A stretch of 64,000 nt of DNA from the NCBI RefSeq assembly GCF_009914755.1, contig NC_060935.1; one strand, written 5' to 3'. This document shows positions 1 through 15,630 of this stretch, in pieces. The translations under genes were made by a program, and so were the position numbers. The notes under the pieces are model-generated. The model ran no database searches and was not told the origin of the DNA. It saw nothing but the letters and a program-made list of their open reading frames with translations. This DNA comes from the human T2T-CHM13v2.0 reference genome, Homo sapiens. Position 1 is the first letter of the stretch; every line of letters begins with the position of its first letter.

Positions 1-11
1 TTGCCAAATCC

Positions 12-53
<42 letters not shown>
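12..53. repeat. (TC)n(AC)n compound microsatellite
   Basis: Direct reading: ctctctc... followed by acacac... Confidence 0.95.
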
Positions 54-56
54 GAG

Positions 57-2579
57 GCATATCCTATTCGAACTGCAGAAAACCAAAGATAAAAATTCTT
101 GAAGAAATTCAGGAGAAAAAAAAATTCTTACCTAGAAGACCAAAGAGAATTACCACTGATTTCTTAGAAATCATGCAAACAAGAAGAGAAAGGTATGAAA
201 TATGTAAGTGTTGAGGGAAAAAAAGCAACTTAGAATGCTGCACCCAGTGAAATTATCCTTCAAAAGTAGAGGAGACATAAAGCCATTTTCAGACAACAAA
301 AATTGAGGGTTTTGTGCCAAGCAGACCTACCTTACAAGAAATGTTGAAGGTCTTCATAGAAGAGGAAAATCATATAGTTCAAATCATGGATCTACATAAA
401 GAAAGAAAGAGCATCAGCGAAAGAATTAGCAAAATTAAAATTAAAACTTTTCCCTTATCATTAATTGATCTAACAGATAACAGTTTGTTCAAAATCATAG
501 CAACAATGTATTCGATTATATACTCTTATATAAAAGTGAAATGAATGACAGCAATGATACAGTGATGGGAGAGAGAATTAGGCTTCTTTTGTTATCATAA
601 GGTTCTTGTACTCTCTATGAAGTAGTATAGTATTATCTAAGGGTATGCTGGGATTAATTATAAATGTATATTGAAAACTCTGTGGCAATCGCTTTTTGTT
701 TAAAAAAAAGTATATTGCTATGCTAAGAAAAAAGAAAAATAGAATATCATGAAATGATTAATGAAAACCTCAAAAAGAAGACAAAGATTGGAAGACTAAA
801 ATAGAAGCAAGGACACAGGTAGTGAAAAGAAAGCAGTAATAAATATAGTAGTGTCACTTGTGTCAACAATCAGTGGTCTAAATATACCAATTAAAAGATA
901 CAGAATATCAGAGTGGATCAAAAGACAAGACCCAACTACGTGCTGTCTACAAAATACTCACTTTATTAAAAAATATACAGATTAAAAGCAAATGGAAGAA
1001 GAAATATATATCATGCTAATACTAAAATGAAATCAGAATAGCTATATTAATTTCTGACACAACAGACTTCAAAGCAAGAAAAATTATCAGGGATAAATGG
1101 GCATTACATAATTTTAAAAGGGTTAATTCTCCAAAAAGATATACACAATCTTTTTGTGTATGTGCCTAACATGAGAACCTCAAAATACATGAGTAAAAAC
1201 TGACCAAACTAGAAAGAGAAACAGATGAATTCACTAATATAGTTTGACAATTAGACACTCCTCTTTCTGAAATAAACAGAGTCTGCTGGCAGAAAATTCT
1301 TAAGGACATAGCAATAATACCACATTAATCAACTGGATATAATTGACATCTATGAACTACATCATTCAGTGACAGCACAACACACATTCTTCTCAAGCTC
1401 ACATGGAACATTCATCAAAATAAACCATGTTCTGGGTCATAAAGCAGACCTTAGCACATTTAAAAGAACAGAAATTATCATACAATATCTGCATTCATGC
1501 CACAATAGAATTAAAATGGAAATCAATAACAGCTGGAGAACTCCAAAATTATTGGGGATTAAACAACACACTTTTAAGTAACCTATGGGTCAAAACAGAA
1601 ATCTCAAAAGAAATTAAAAATATTTTAAACTAAATAAAAATAAGATAAAATTTTTCAAAATTTGCAGGGAAGGCTGTGCTTAGCATTGAATGCACATATT
1701 AGAACAAAAGAAAGATTGGAGAGTAATGATCCAAGCTTCCACCTTAGGAAACTAGAAAAAAATTAGATCCAAAATAAGCAGGAGAAAACATATAATAAAA
1801 ATTAGTGCCAAAATCAATGAAATTGAAAACAGGAAATCAATAGAGAAAATTAACAAAAATAAAACCTAGTTCTTTGAAAAGATCAACAAAATTGATGAAC
1901 CTCCAGTCAGGCTAAGACAAAAAAGAAGGAAGACAAATCACTAATATCAGTAATGAAAAAGAGGATATCACTGTAGTCTCATGGACATTAAAAGGTTATA
2001 CAGCAATATTATGAACAACTCTCTATGCCCAAAATTTGATAACCTATGTAAAATGAACCAATTTCTTGAAAGATAATTCTCACAGAAGAAGACATAGATT
2101 ATCTGAATAGGCCTATATCTATTACAGAAATTGAACCAATAATTAATAACAGTTTCAAACAGAAGCACCAGGCCCAGATGGGTTCACTGGTGAATTCTAC
2201 CAAACATTTATGAAAGAAATTATACAAATTCTCCACAATCTCTTCCAGAATACAGAAGCATTGGGAATACTTCCAAATTCTTTGTGAGGCCAACATTACT
2301 CTAATACTAAAACCAGACAAAAACATCACAAGAAAAGAAAACTATAGCCCGGTATTTCTCATGAACATAGATGCAAAAATTCTCAACAAAATATTAGTGA
2401 ATTGACTCCGACAGTTATTTAAAAAAATACACCATAACCAGGCGGTGTATATTATCCCAGGTAAGGCAAGACTGGTTCAACATTTGAAAATCATTTGAAT
2501 TGATGTGTTCAGCACATCAAAAGGCTAAAGAAGAAAAATCACATGATCATAACAATAGATGCAGAAAAAGCATTTGACA
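57..2579 (+). mobile_element. Old LINE-1 (L1MC-like), 5' part: ORF1 tail, long inter-ORF spacer, decayed ORF2 endonuclease to start of RT
   Basis: Degenerate L1 ORF1/ORF2 motifs (RPTLQEMLK; HGTFIKINHVLGHK; ends at gatgcagaaaaagcatttgaca = DAEKAFD); many stops and frameshifts. Confidence 0.9.
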
Positions 2580-3606
2580 GTGTGGAGCCAAGATGGCTGA
2601 ATAGGAACAGCTCCAGTCCACAGTTCCCAGCATGAGCGATGCAGAAGATGGGTGATTTCTGCATTTCCAACTGAGGTACTGGGTTCATCTCACTGGGGAG
2701 TGTCGGAAAGTGGGTGCAGGACAGTGGGTGCAGTGCACCGAGCATGAGCCGAAGCAGGGCAAGGCATCGCCTCACCCAGGAAGCGCAAGGGGTCAGGGAA
2801 TTCCCTTTCCTAGTCAAAGAAAGGGGTGACAGACAGCACCTGGAAAATCAGGTCACTCCCACCCTAATACTGCACTTTTCCAACAGTCTTAGCAAATGGC
2901 ACACCAGGAGATTATATCCCACCCCTGGCTCGGAGGGCCCTACGCCCATGGAGTCTCACTCATTGCTAGCACAGCAGTCTGAGATCAAACTGCAAGGCAG
3001 CAGTGAGGCCGGGGGAGGGGGCGCCTGCCATTGCCAAGGCTTGAGTAGATAAACAAAGCAGCTGGGAAGCTCGAACTGGGTGGAGCCCACCGCAGCTCAA
3101 GGAGGCCTGCCTGCCTCTGTAGACTCTACCTCTAGGGGCAAGGCACAGCCAAAGAAAAGTCAGCAGAATCCTCTGCAGACTTAAATGTCCCTGTCTGACA
3201 GCCTTGAAGAGAGTAGTGGTTCTCCCAGCACGCAGCTGGACATCTGAGAATGGACAGACTGCCTCCTCAAGTGGGTCTCTGACACCCGAGTAGCCTAACT
3301 GGGAGGCACCCCCAAGTAGGGGCAGACTGACACCTCACACGGCCTGGTACTCCTCTCAGACAAAACTTCCAGAGGAACGATCAGGCAGCAACATCTGCTG
3401 TTCACCAATATCTGCTGTTCTGCAGCCTCCACTGCTGATACTCAGGCAAAGAGGGCCTGGAGGGGACCTCCAGCAAACTCCAACAGACCTGCAGCTGAGG
3501 ATCCTGACTGTTAGAAGGAAAACTAACAAACAGAAAGGACATCCACACCAAAAACCCATCTGTACGTCACCATCATCAAAGACCAAAGGTAGATAAAACC
3601 ACAAAG
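2580..3606 (+). promoter_or_regulatory. L1PA 5'UTR: internal sense promoter (YY1 site caagatggc) and antisense promoter region
   Basis: Complete 5'UTR sequence; promoter function is established knowledge of L1PA, activity of this copy unknown. Confidence 0.7.
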
Positions 3607-4622
3607 ATGGGGAAAAAACAGAGCAGAAAAACTGGAAACTCTAAAAAGTAGAGCACCTCTTCTCCTCCAAAGGAATGCAGCTCCTCACCAGCAATGGAAC
3701 AAAGCTGGACGGAGAATGACTTTGACGAGTTGAGAGAAGAAGGCTTCAGACGATCAAACTACTCCGAGCTACAGGAGGAAGTTCAAACCCATGGCAAAGA
3801 AGTTAAAAATCTTGAAAAAAAATTAGACGAATGGCTAACTAGAATAACCAATACAGAGAAGTCCTTAAAGGACCTGATGGAGCTGAAAACCAAGGCATGC
3901 GAACTACGTGATGAATGCACAAGCCTCAGTAGCTGATTCAGTCAACTGCAAGAAAGGGTATCAGTGATGGAAGATGAGATAAATGAAATGAAGCGAGAAG
4001 AGAAGTTTAAAGAAAAAAGAATAAAAAGAAACGAACAAAGCCTCCAAGAAATATGGGACTATGTGAAAAGACCAAATCTACGTCTGATTGGTGTATCTGA
4101 AAGTGACAGGGAGAAAGGAACCAAGTTGGAAAACACTTTGCAGGATATTATCCAGGAGAACTTCCCCAATCTAGCAAGGCAGGCCAACATTCAAATTCAG
4201 GAAAGACAGAGAACACCACAAAGATGCTCCTCGAGAAGAGCAACTCCAAGACACACAATTGTCAGATTCACCAAAGTTGAAATGAAGGGAAAAATGTTAA
4301 GGGCAGCCAGAGAGAAAGATCGGGTTACACACAAAGGGAAACCCATCAGACTAACAGCTGATCTCTCGGCAGAAACTCTACAAGCCAGAGGAGAGTGGGG
4401 CCAATATTCAACATTCTTAAAGAAAAGAATTTTCAACCCAGAATTTCATATCCAGCCAAACTAAGCTTCATAAGTGAAGGAGAAATAAAATCCTTTACAG
4501 ACAAGCAAATGCTGAGAGATTTTGTCACCACCAGGCCTGCCCTGAAAGAGCTCCTGAAGGAAGCACTAAACATAGAAAGGAACAACCAGTACCAGCCACT
4601 GCAAAAACATGCCAAATTGTAA
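3607..4622 (+). pseudogene. L1 ORF1p, disrupted
   Basis: ATG GGG AAA AAA CAG at 3607; premature TAG at codon 15, TGA at 3934-3936, frameshift near 4397; ends ...QKHAKL*. Confidence 0.93.
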
Positions 4623-4685
4623 AGACTATCGAGGCTAGGAAGAAACTGCATCAACTAACGAGCAAAATAACCAGCTAACATCATA

Positions 4686-8505
<3,820 letters not shown>

Positions 8506-8721
8506 ACAATGAGAACACACGGACACAGGAATAGGAACATCACACACCGGGGCCTGTTGTGGGGTGAGGGAAGGGGGAGGGATAGCATTAGGAGATATAC
8601 CTAATGTTAAATGACGAGTTGCTGGGTGCAGCACACCAACATGGCACATGTATGCATATGTAACTAACCTGCACGTTGTGCACATGTACCCTAAAACTTG
8701 AAGTATAATAAAAAAAAAGAG

Positions 8722-10921
8722 AGAAAAAGCATTTGACAAAATCCAACACCTATCATTGATAAAAACCCTCAGTAAACAAGGAATAATAGAAGCGAACTTC
8801 CTCAACTTGATAAAGAACATATACAAAAACCCTACAGCAATGTCACACAATAATGAGAAACTACAAGATTTGCTGCCAAATTAGGAAGAAGGCAAGTATA
8901 TCCCCTCTTACCACTGTTTTTTTCTTAGCATAGTATTCTAAATCATAGCTAATGTATTAAGAAAATAAAATAAAAGGTGTAGTTACTGGAAAGAAAGAAA
9001 TAAAACTGCATTTGCTTTTACATACCATGATTATCTAAGTAGAAATTTTTTAAAAAATCAATTAAAAAATCCCTTCTGAAACTAGTAAGTGACTATAGCA
9101 TAGTGGCAGAATATAAGGTTAATGTACAAAAGTCGATAGTTTTTTCTGTATACTGGCAATGAACAAGTGAAATTTAAAATTAAAAACAATGCCGGTTATA
9201 TTAGCAACCCCAAAATGATATACTTAGATTTAAATCTAACAAAACATGGACGAGATCTATAAGAGGAAAACTATAAAACTCAGTTTAAAAAAAATCAAAG
9301 AACTAAATAGAGAGATAATCCATGTTTATGGATAGGAAGACTCAATATTGTTAGGATGTCAGTTCTACCAAATTTGATTCAAGATTTTATGCAATCCCAA
9401 TAAAAATCGTAGGGAGTTACTTTGTGGATATTGATAAACTGATTCCAAAGTTTATATGGACAGACAAAGACTCAGAATAACCAACAGAGTACTAAAGGAG
9501 AACAAAGGTGAAGAATTGACACTACCAGATGTGAAGACTTACTATGAAGCTACAGTAATCAAAACAGTGTAGTACTGATGAAGAATAGACAAACAAGTCA
9601 ATGCAAGAGACTAGAGAGCCAGAAATAGATCTATAGTAATATAGTCAACTGATCTTAGACAAAGGAGCAAACACAATATCATGAAGGAAAATTGTCATCT
9701 CAGCAAATGGTGCTAGAAAAACTACATCCACATGCCAAAATAAATTGATAAATGTAGACACAGATCTTAAAACTCTAGTAAAAATAAATCAAAATGGATC
9801 ATAAATGGTAATGAAAATGAAAAACTCGAACTCCTAGAAGATAACAGGAGAAATTCTAGGTGACCTATAGTATGGCAATTATTTTTTAGATACAGTCAAG
9901 GGAACAGTTCATGAAAGAATAATAATATGAAATTCATTAAATTTGTAACGTTTGTTCTAGAAAAGACACTGTCAAGAAAGTGAGAAGGCAAGTCATTGAG
10001 TGGGAGAAAATAGTTGCAAAAGACACATCTGATAAAGGACTGTTGTCCGAAATATACAAAGAACTCTTTAAACTGACAAAAAGCAAATGAACAACCTGAT
10101 TAAAAAATGGGCAAAGACCTAACAGACACCTCACTAGGTAGCTAATAAACATATGAGAAGATGCTCAACATTTTATGTTATTAAGGAACTACAAACTAAA
10201 ACAACAGTGACATACACTACACACCTATTGGAATGGCCAAAATCTGACACACTAACAGCACCAAATCCTCAAAAGGTTATGAAGCACCAGGAACTCTACC
10301 ATCACTTTGGAAAAAAGCAGTTTCTCACAAAGCTAAGCATGTTCTTACCATGCGATACAGCAATTGTGCTTCTTGGTATTTTTCCAAATGAGTTGTAAAC
10401 TCTGTCCTCACCAAAACCTGCAAACAGATTGTTTAGAGCAGCTTTATTCATAACCATCCAAACTTGGAAGCAATAAAAATGTCTTCCAGGAGTTGAAAGG
10501 ATAAACTTTGTTACATCTAGACAATGGAATATTGTTCTATGCCAAAAAGAAATGAACTATCAAGCCATGAAAAGAAACGGAGGAAACGTAAATGCACAAT
10601 ACTAGGTGACAGAAGCCGATCTGCAAATGTCACATGTGATTTCACTTATATGACATGATGAAAAAGGCAAAACTATGAAGACAGTAAAATCTTCAGGGGA
10701 TTCCAGAGGTTGGGGGAAGGGAGAGATAAAAGGTGCTCAAATAGAGGATTTTTAAGGCAGTGAAACTACTCTGTAATGATACTACAATGGTGGATACCTA
10801 TCATTATACATTGGTCCAAACCTGTACAATGTAAAATACCAAGAGTGAAACCTAATGTAAACTATGGACTTTGGTTGATACTGATGCATCAGTGTTGGTT
10901 CATTGGTTATAAAAAATGGAG
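8722..10921 (+). mobile_element. Old L1MC-like element continued (rest of ORF2 and most of 3'UTR)
   Basis: Resumes after the TSD (aaatccaacacc...); L1MC1/2-type 3'UTR caagagtgaaacctaatgtaaactatggactttgg. Confidence 0.88.
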
Positions 10922-13900
10922 AATGGCAGAGCAAGACGGCCAAATAGAAGGCTGTACCAATCGTTCCACCTACATGGTCAACAATTTAACAATTATCTGT
11001 GCAAAAACACACTTTCATAAGAACCAAAAATCAGGTGAGCATTCACAGTACCTGATTTTAACTTCATACCACTGAAAGAGGTATTGAAGAGGGTAGGAAA
11101 GACAGTGTTGAATCACTGATGCCACCTTTTCCCCATCACTCAGCAGGAGCCATGTGACATGAAGAGAGAATCTGTGCATTTGTGGGAGGGGGAGAGCATA
11201 GTGATTCTGAGATATTGCATTGAACTCAATTCTGCCTTGTCACAGCAGAAGACAAAACTGGGCTGAACTTTAGTAACACCAGCCCACGGAGGGAGTATTT
11301 AAACCAGCCCTAGCCAGAGGAGAATCACCATCCCAACAGTCAGAACTTGAGTTACTGCAAGCCTCAGCAAAGCGGGCTAAAATGCTATGGGGCGTTAAAT
11401 AATGTTTATTTAAGTTTAATAAACTTAAATAACAATTTAAGTTCCAATTAAGTAACAATTTTAAGTTTAATAAATAACAATTTAAGTTAATAATAAACAT
11501 TATTTAAGGTTCCAAAGCCTAGGCTCTAAACAGTCTAGGCCACAGGGATTACAACTCCTAGGCATGTCCTAGTCCTGAACTGGACTCAGAGCCAGTGGAC
11601 CTGGAGAACAGGCAACCTATTGAGACACCAGCCAGGCCAGCTAAGGGAGTGCTTGCACCGTCCCTCCTCCAACCCCAGGCTGCACAGCTTACAGTTCCCA
11701 AGGAGACCCCTTTCTTCTGCTTGAGGAGAGGGAAGAGTGGGGAGGACTTTGTCTTCCATCTTGGATACCAGCTCAGTCACAGTAGGATAGGCACCAGTCA
11801 CAGTCAGAGTCATAAGGCCCCCTTGCCATGCCCCAGCTCCTGAACATCATTTCTGGACACCCCCCGAGCCAGAAGGGAACCTGCTGCCATGAAGGTAAGG
11901 ACCCAGTCTTAGAAAGACCCTTCACCTGCTGACTAAAGAGGCTTATGGTAATAGTGGCTGTGAGGTGAGGCTCCTCTGCCTGTGGAAACGGGAGGGAAGG
12001 GTTGGAGGGACTGTGTCTTATGATTTGAGTGCCAGTTCAATTGCAATACAATAGAATACCAGGTAGACTTCTAAGGTTTCTGACTCCAGTCCCTGGCTCC
12101 TGGATGGCACCTCTGTACCCAACCAGGGCCTGGAGGAACTTGCTTCCCTGAAGAGAAGGATGCAAGCCTGGCTGGCTTCACTATCCACAGATTGCAGACC
12201 CAGGGCCTTGAGTGAACTTAGGGGGTAGCCAGTTAGTGGTTACAGCAGACCTTGGACAAGGCCCAGTGCTTTGATGGCTTAAGGACTGACCCAGCATAGT
12301 TCCAGTGGTGGTAGCCACAGGGGTACTTGTGTCACTGCACCCCCAGATCCAGAGAGAGAGAGAGACTCCATTTGTTTGGGAGAAAGTAAGGAAAGAGAAG
12401 AAGAGTCTCTGCATGGTAATCCAGATAATTCTTCCGGATCTCATCTAAGACCATTAAGGTGCTACATCTAGGAGATGCCTATCTCTCGTCATATACAAAA
12501 ATAAATAAAAATGGATTAGACTTAAATCTAAGACCTCAAACTATGAAACTACTACACAAAAACATCAGAGGAAGTCTCCTGGATATTTGCCTGGGCAAAA
12601 ATTCTTCTTGTGTAATAATTTACACGCATAGACAACAAAAGCAAAAGTGGGCAAATGGGATCACATTAAGTTAAAAAGCTTCTTCACAGCAAAGGAAATA
12701 GTCCACAAAGTGAAAGACAACCTACAGATGGGAGAAAATATTTTGCCAACTATCCATCTGACAAGAGATTAATAACCAGAATATATAAGGATCTCAAACA
12801 ACTCTATAGGAAAAAAAAATCTAACAATCTAATTAAAAATGAGCAAAAGATCTGAATAGACGTTTCTCAAAAGAAGACATACAAATGGCAAACAAGCATA
12901 TGAAAAGGTGTTCATCACTGATCATGAGAGAAATGCAAATCAAAACTACAATAAGATATAATCTCAGGCCAGTTAAAATGACTTATATACCACCACACCT
13001 GGCTAATTTTTGTGTTTTTAATAGAAACAGCGTTTAGGCTGAGGCACGGGAATCGCTTGAGCTTGAGAGGTGGAGGTTGTAGTGAGCTGACATCATACCA
13101 TGCACTCCAGCAGGGGCAACACAGTGAGACTCTGTCTCAAAAAAAAAAAAAAAAAAAGGCTTATATGCAAAAGATCAGCAATAAGATGCCGGCAAGGGTG
13201 TAGAGAAAAGGGAACACCCAACACTGTTGGTGGGAATGTAAATTAATCTGACCACTATGGAGAACAGTTTGGAAGTTCCTCAGAAAACTGAAAATAGAGC
13301 CACCATAGCATCTAGCAATCCCACTGCTAGGTATATACCTGAAAGAAAGGAAATCAGTGCATAGAAAATATATGTGTACTCTCATGTTTGTCTCAGCACT
13401 AGTCACAATAGCCAAGATATTGAAGCAATGTAAGTGTCCATAAAGAAATGAATAGACAAAGAAAATGAGGTACTTATACACAATGGAGTACTATTCAGCC
13501 ATAAAAAAGAATGAGATCCTATCATTTGCAACAACATGAATAGAACTGGAGGTCATTATGTTAAGTGAAATAAGCCAGGCACAGAATGACAAATTGTGTA
13601 TGTTCTTACTTATTTGTGGGAGCTAAAAATTCAAATAATTGGACTCATGGAGATAGAAAGTAAAGGATAGTGAAAGAAGCTGGGAAGGATAGTGGGGGAG
13701 TGTGGGGGAGGTGGGGATGGTTAATGGGTACAAAAACTAGAAAGAATGAATAAGACCTAGTATTCACTAGCACAACAGAGTGACTGTAGTCAATAATAAT
13801 TTGTGTACATTTTTAAATAACTAAATGAGTGTAGTTGGATTATATATAAAAGATAAATGTTTGAGGTGATGGATATCCCATTTACCCTCATGTGATTATT

Positions 13901-14016
13901 ATGCATTGCATGCCTGTATCGAAATGTCTCATAGCAATCTATAAATACATACACACACTATTGTACCCACAAAAATTAAAAATAAATATTTTTTAAAAAA
14001 TTAAAAAATAAGATAG
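10922..14016 (+). mobile_element. L1MA2/3-like element with 5'UTR fused to late ORF2 and 3'UTR (large internal deletion)
   Basis: L1M1-type 5' end gcaagacggccaaatagaagg; junction ~12470; L1MA 3'UTR; degenerate TSD aaaaaatggag (10911-10921) / aacaaattgag (14017-14027). Confidence 0.85.
12990..13157 (+). mobile_element. 5'-truncated Alu with inverted 5' segment
   Basis: 12990-13035 antisense Alu middle region; 13036-13157 sense right arm plus A19; flanked by aaaatgacttatat / aaaaggcttatat. Confidence 0.88.
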
Positions 14017-14165
14017 AACAAATTGAGCACTCTCGTGTGGGATTTTGGTAGTGGAAGAGGTTGTGCTTATTTTGGACCAAGAGAAAACAGGACATGTTTG
14101 TACCCTCCACTCAATTTCGCTGTGACCCTAACACTGCTCTAAAAATAAAGTCTGTGTTTTTAAAA
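14017..14165 (+). mobile_element. 3' terminus of the old L1MC-like element
   Basis: ...ctcaatttcgctgtgaccctaacactgctctaaaaataaagtc matches the L1MC 3' end and is colinear with the piece ending at 10921. Confidence 0.8.
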
Positions 14166-14433
14166 GCATATGATACAGAGTTTCACACACTGAATTTGTC
14201 TAGTGAATTATTATCTAGATCCAAAATAGTTGTATTTTCTACTATATAACACATTACATCATCTGTCTAGCTATCTCTCTCACAAAGTAGAATGTCTGTG
14301 AAATAGAACACAAGGAAGGAGAGAGAATTATGACCCAAGCAAGAATCATGGGTCCAGAATTCCACCCAAGGAAGCTAGTTCAAAGCCAGAGAAAGAGCAC
14401 AGCTTTTCACACAATTGAATAGATCTCAACTTC

Positions 14434-15630
14434 ATGATTTTGGTATTGAAGATGCTGACAGTAGCCAGTGGCTCTGTGAAGGCAATTTTCCAACCTACCA
14501 TTCTTGGCTACTCCTGGGATATTTTACTTGGCTGTGAGATCCCCCTGAGAAGCTTCTCTTTTTCTCACACAATTCCTCCATCAGCGAAGTGTGGTGGGCA
14601 GCACACAGTGACTATGATTCCTGGAGATGGCACTGGGACTGAACTTATGCTGCCTGTCAAGATTATGTTCAGACATGTGTGTGTGCCTGTGGACTTTGAG
14701 GGAATGTCAGTGACCTCCACCTCTGCCTCACATGAAGAGGAAATTCATAATGCCATCATGGCAGTTCATTGAAACCGTGTGGCTTTGAAGAGTAGCGTTA
14801 AAACTGACGACACCCTGCCACCATCATACAAATCCTTCAACAACATGTTGCATACCACCCTAGATCTCTATGCCAGTGTCATTCATTTAAAAAATTTGCC
14901 AAACGTGGAGACCTGGCACAAAGATGTAGACATCCTAGTTGTTTGGGAAAACACAGAGGGTGAGTATAGCAATCTGGAGCATGAGAGTGTGAAAGGAGTG
15001 ACAGAGAGCCTAAAGATCATGACTAAGGCCAAGTCTTTGCGCATTGCTGAATATGCCTTCCAGCTGGCCCAGAAGATGGGATGCAAAAAAGTGATGGCTG
15101 TGCACAAGGTCAACATCACGAAACTGGGAGATGGTCTCTTCCTCCAGTGCTGTGGGGGAGGTGGCATCCCGCTATCCTCAGCTCACCTTAGAAGACATGA
15201 TTGTGGAGAATGCCACAATGCAGTGAGTATCCCAGCCCCAACAGTTTGATGTCATGGTAATGCTCAGTCTTTATGGCAATGTTATCAACAGTGTCTGCAC
15301 AGGTTTGATTGGTGGGGCAGGCCTTGTGCCTGGAGCCAACTATGTCTATATGTATGCAGTGTTTGAGACAGCTTCAAGGCAATGTGACAATTTAGTCAAT
15401 ACAAATCTGGCAAACCCTACCGCCATGCTGCTGGCAATTTGTATCATGCTGGATTACCTCAAACTCCACTCCTATGCCACCCACATTAATACTGCAGTCT
15501 TGGCATCCTTGGACAACAAAAGTGTCCACACTGCAGACCTTGGAGGCCAGGGTACCACATTGGACATCATTCAAAACATCATAGACCACATTTGAAATGT
15601 CAATTAATTGTTCTGTGCCTTGGAGGCTAA
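14434..15630 (+). pseudogene. IDH3G-like: Intronless IDH3G-derived retro-pseudogene (NAD-IDH gamma subunit-like), possible orthologue of rodent IDH gamma-2 retrogene
   Basis: Near full-length homology: [75 protein letters not shown]; no introns; stops at 14770-14772, 15224-15226, 15593-15595 and a +1 G frameshift at ~15154-15158. Confidence 0.95.

Noticed and set aside
14434-15595. Three separate small genes or a spliced IDH gene
   Set aside because: The ORFs are contiguous with IDH3G across stops and a frameshift, with no intervening introns.
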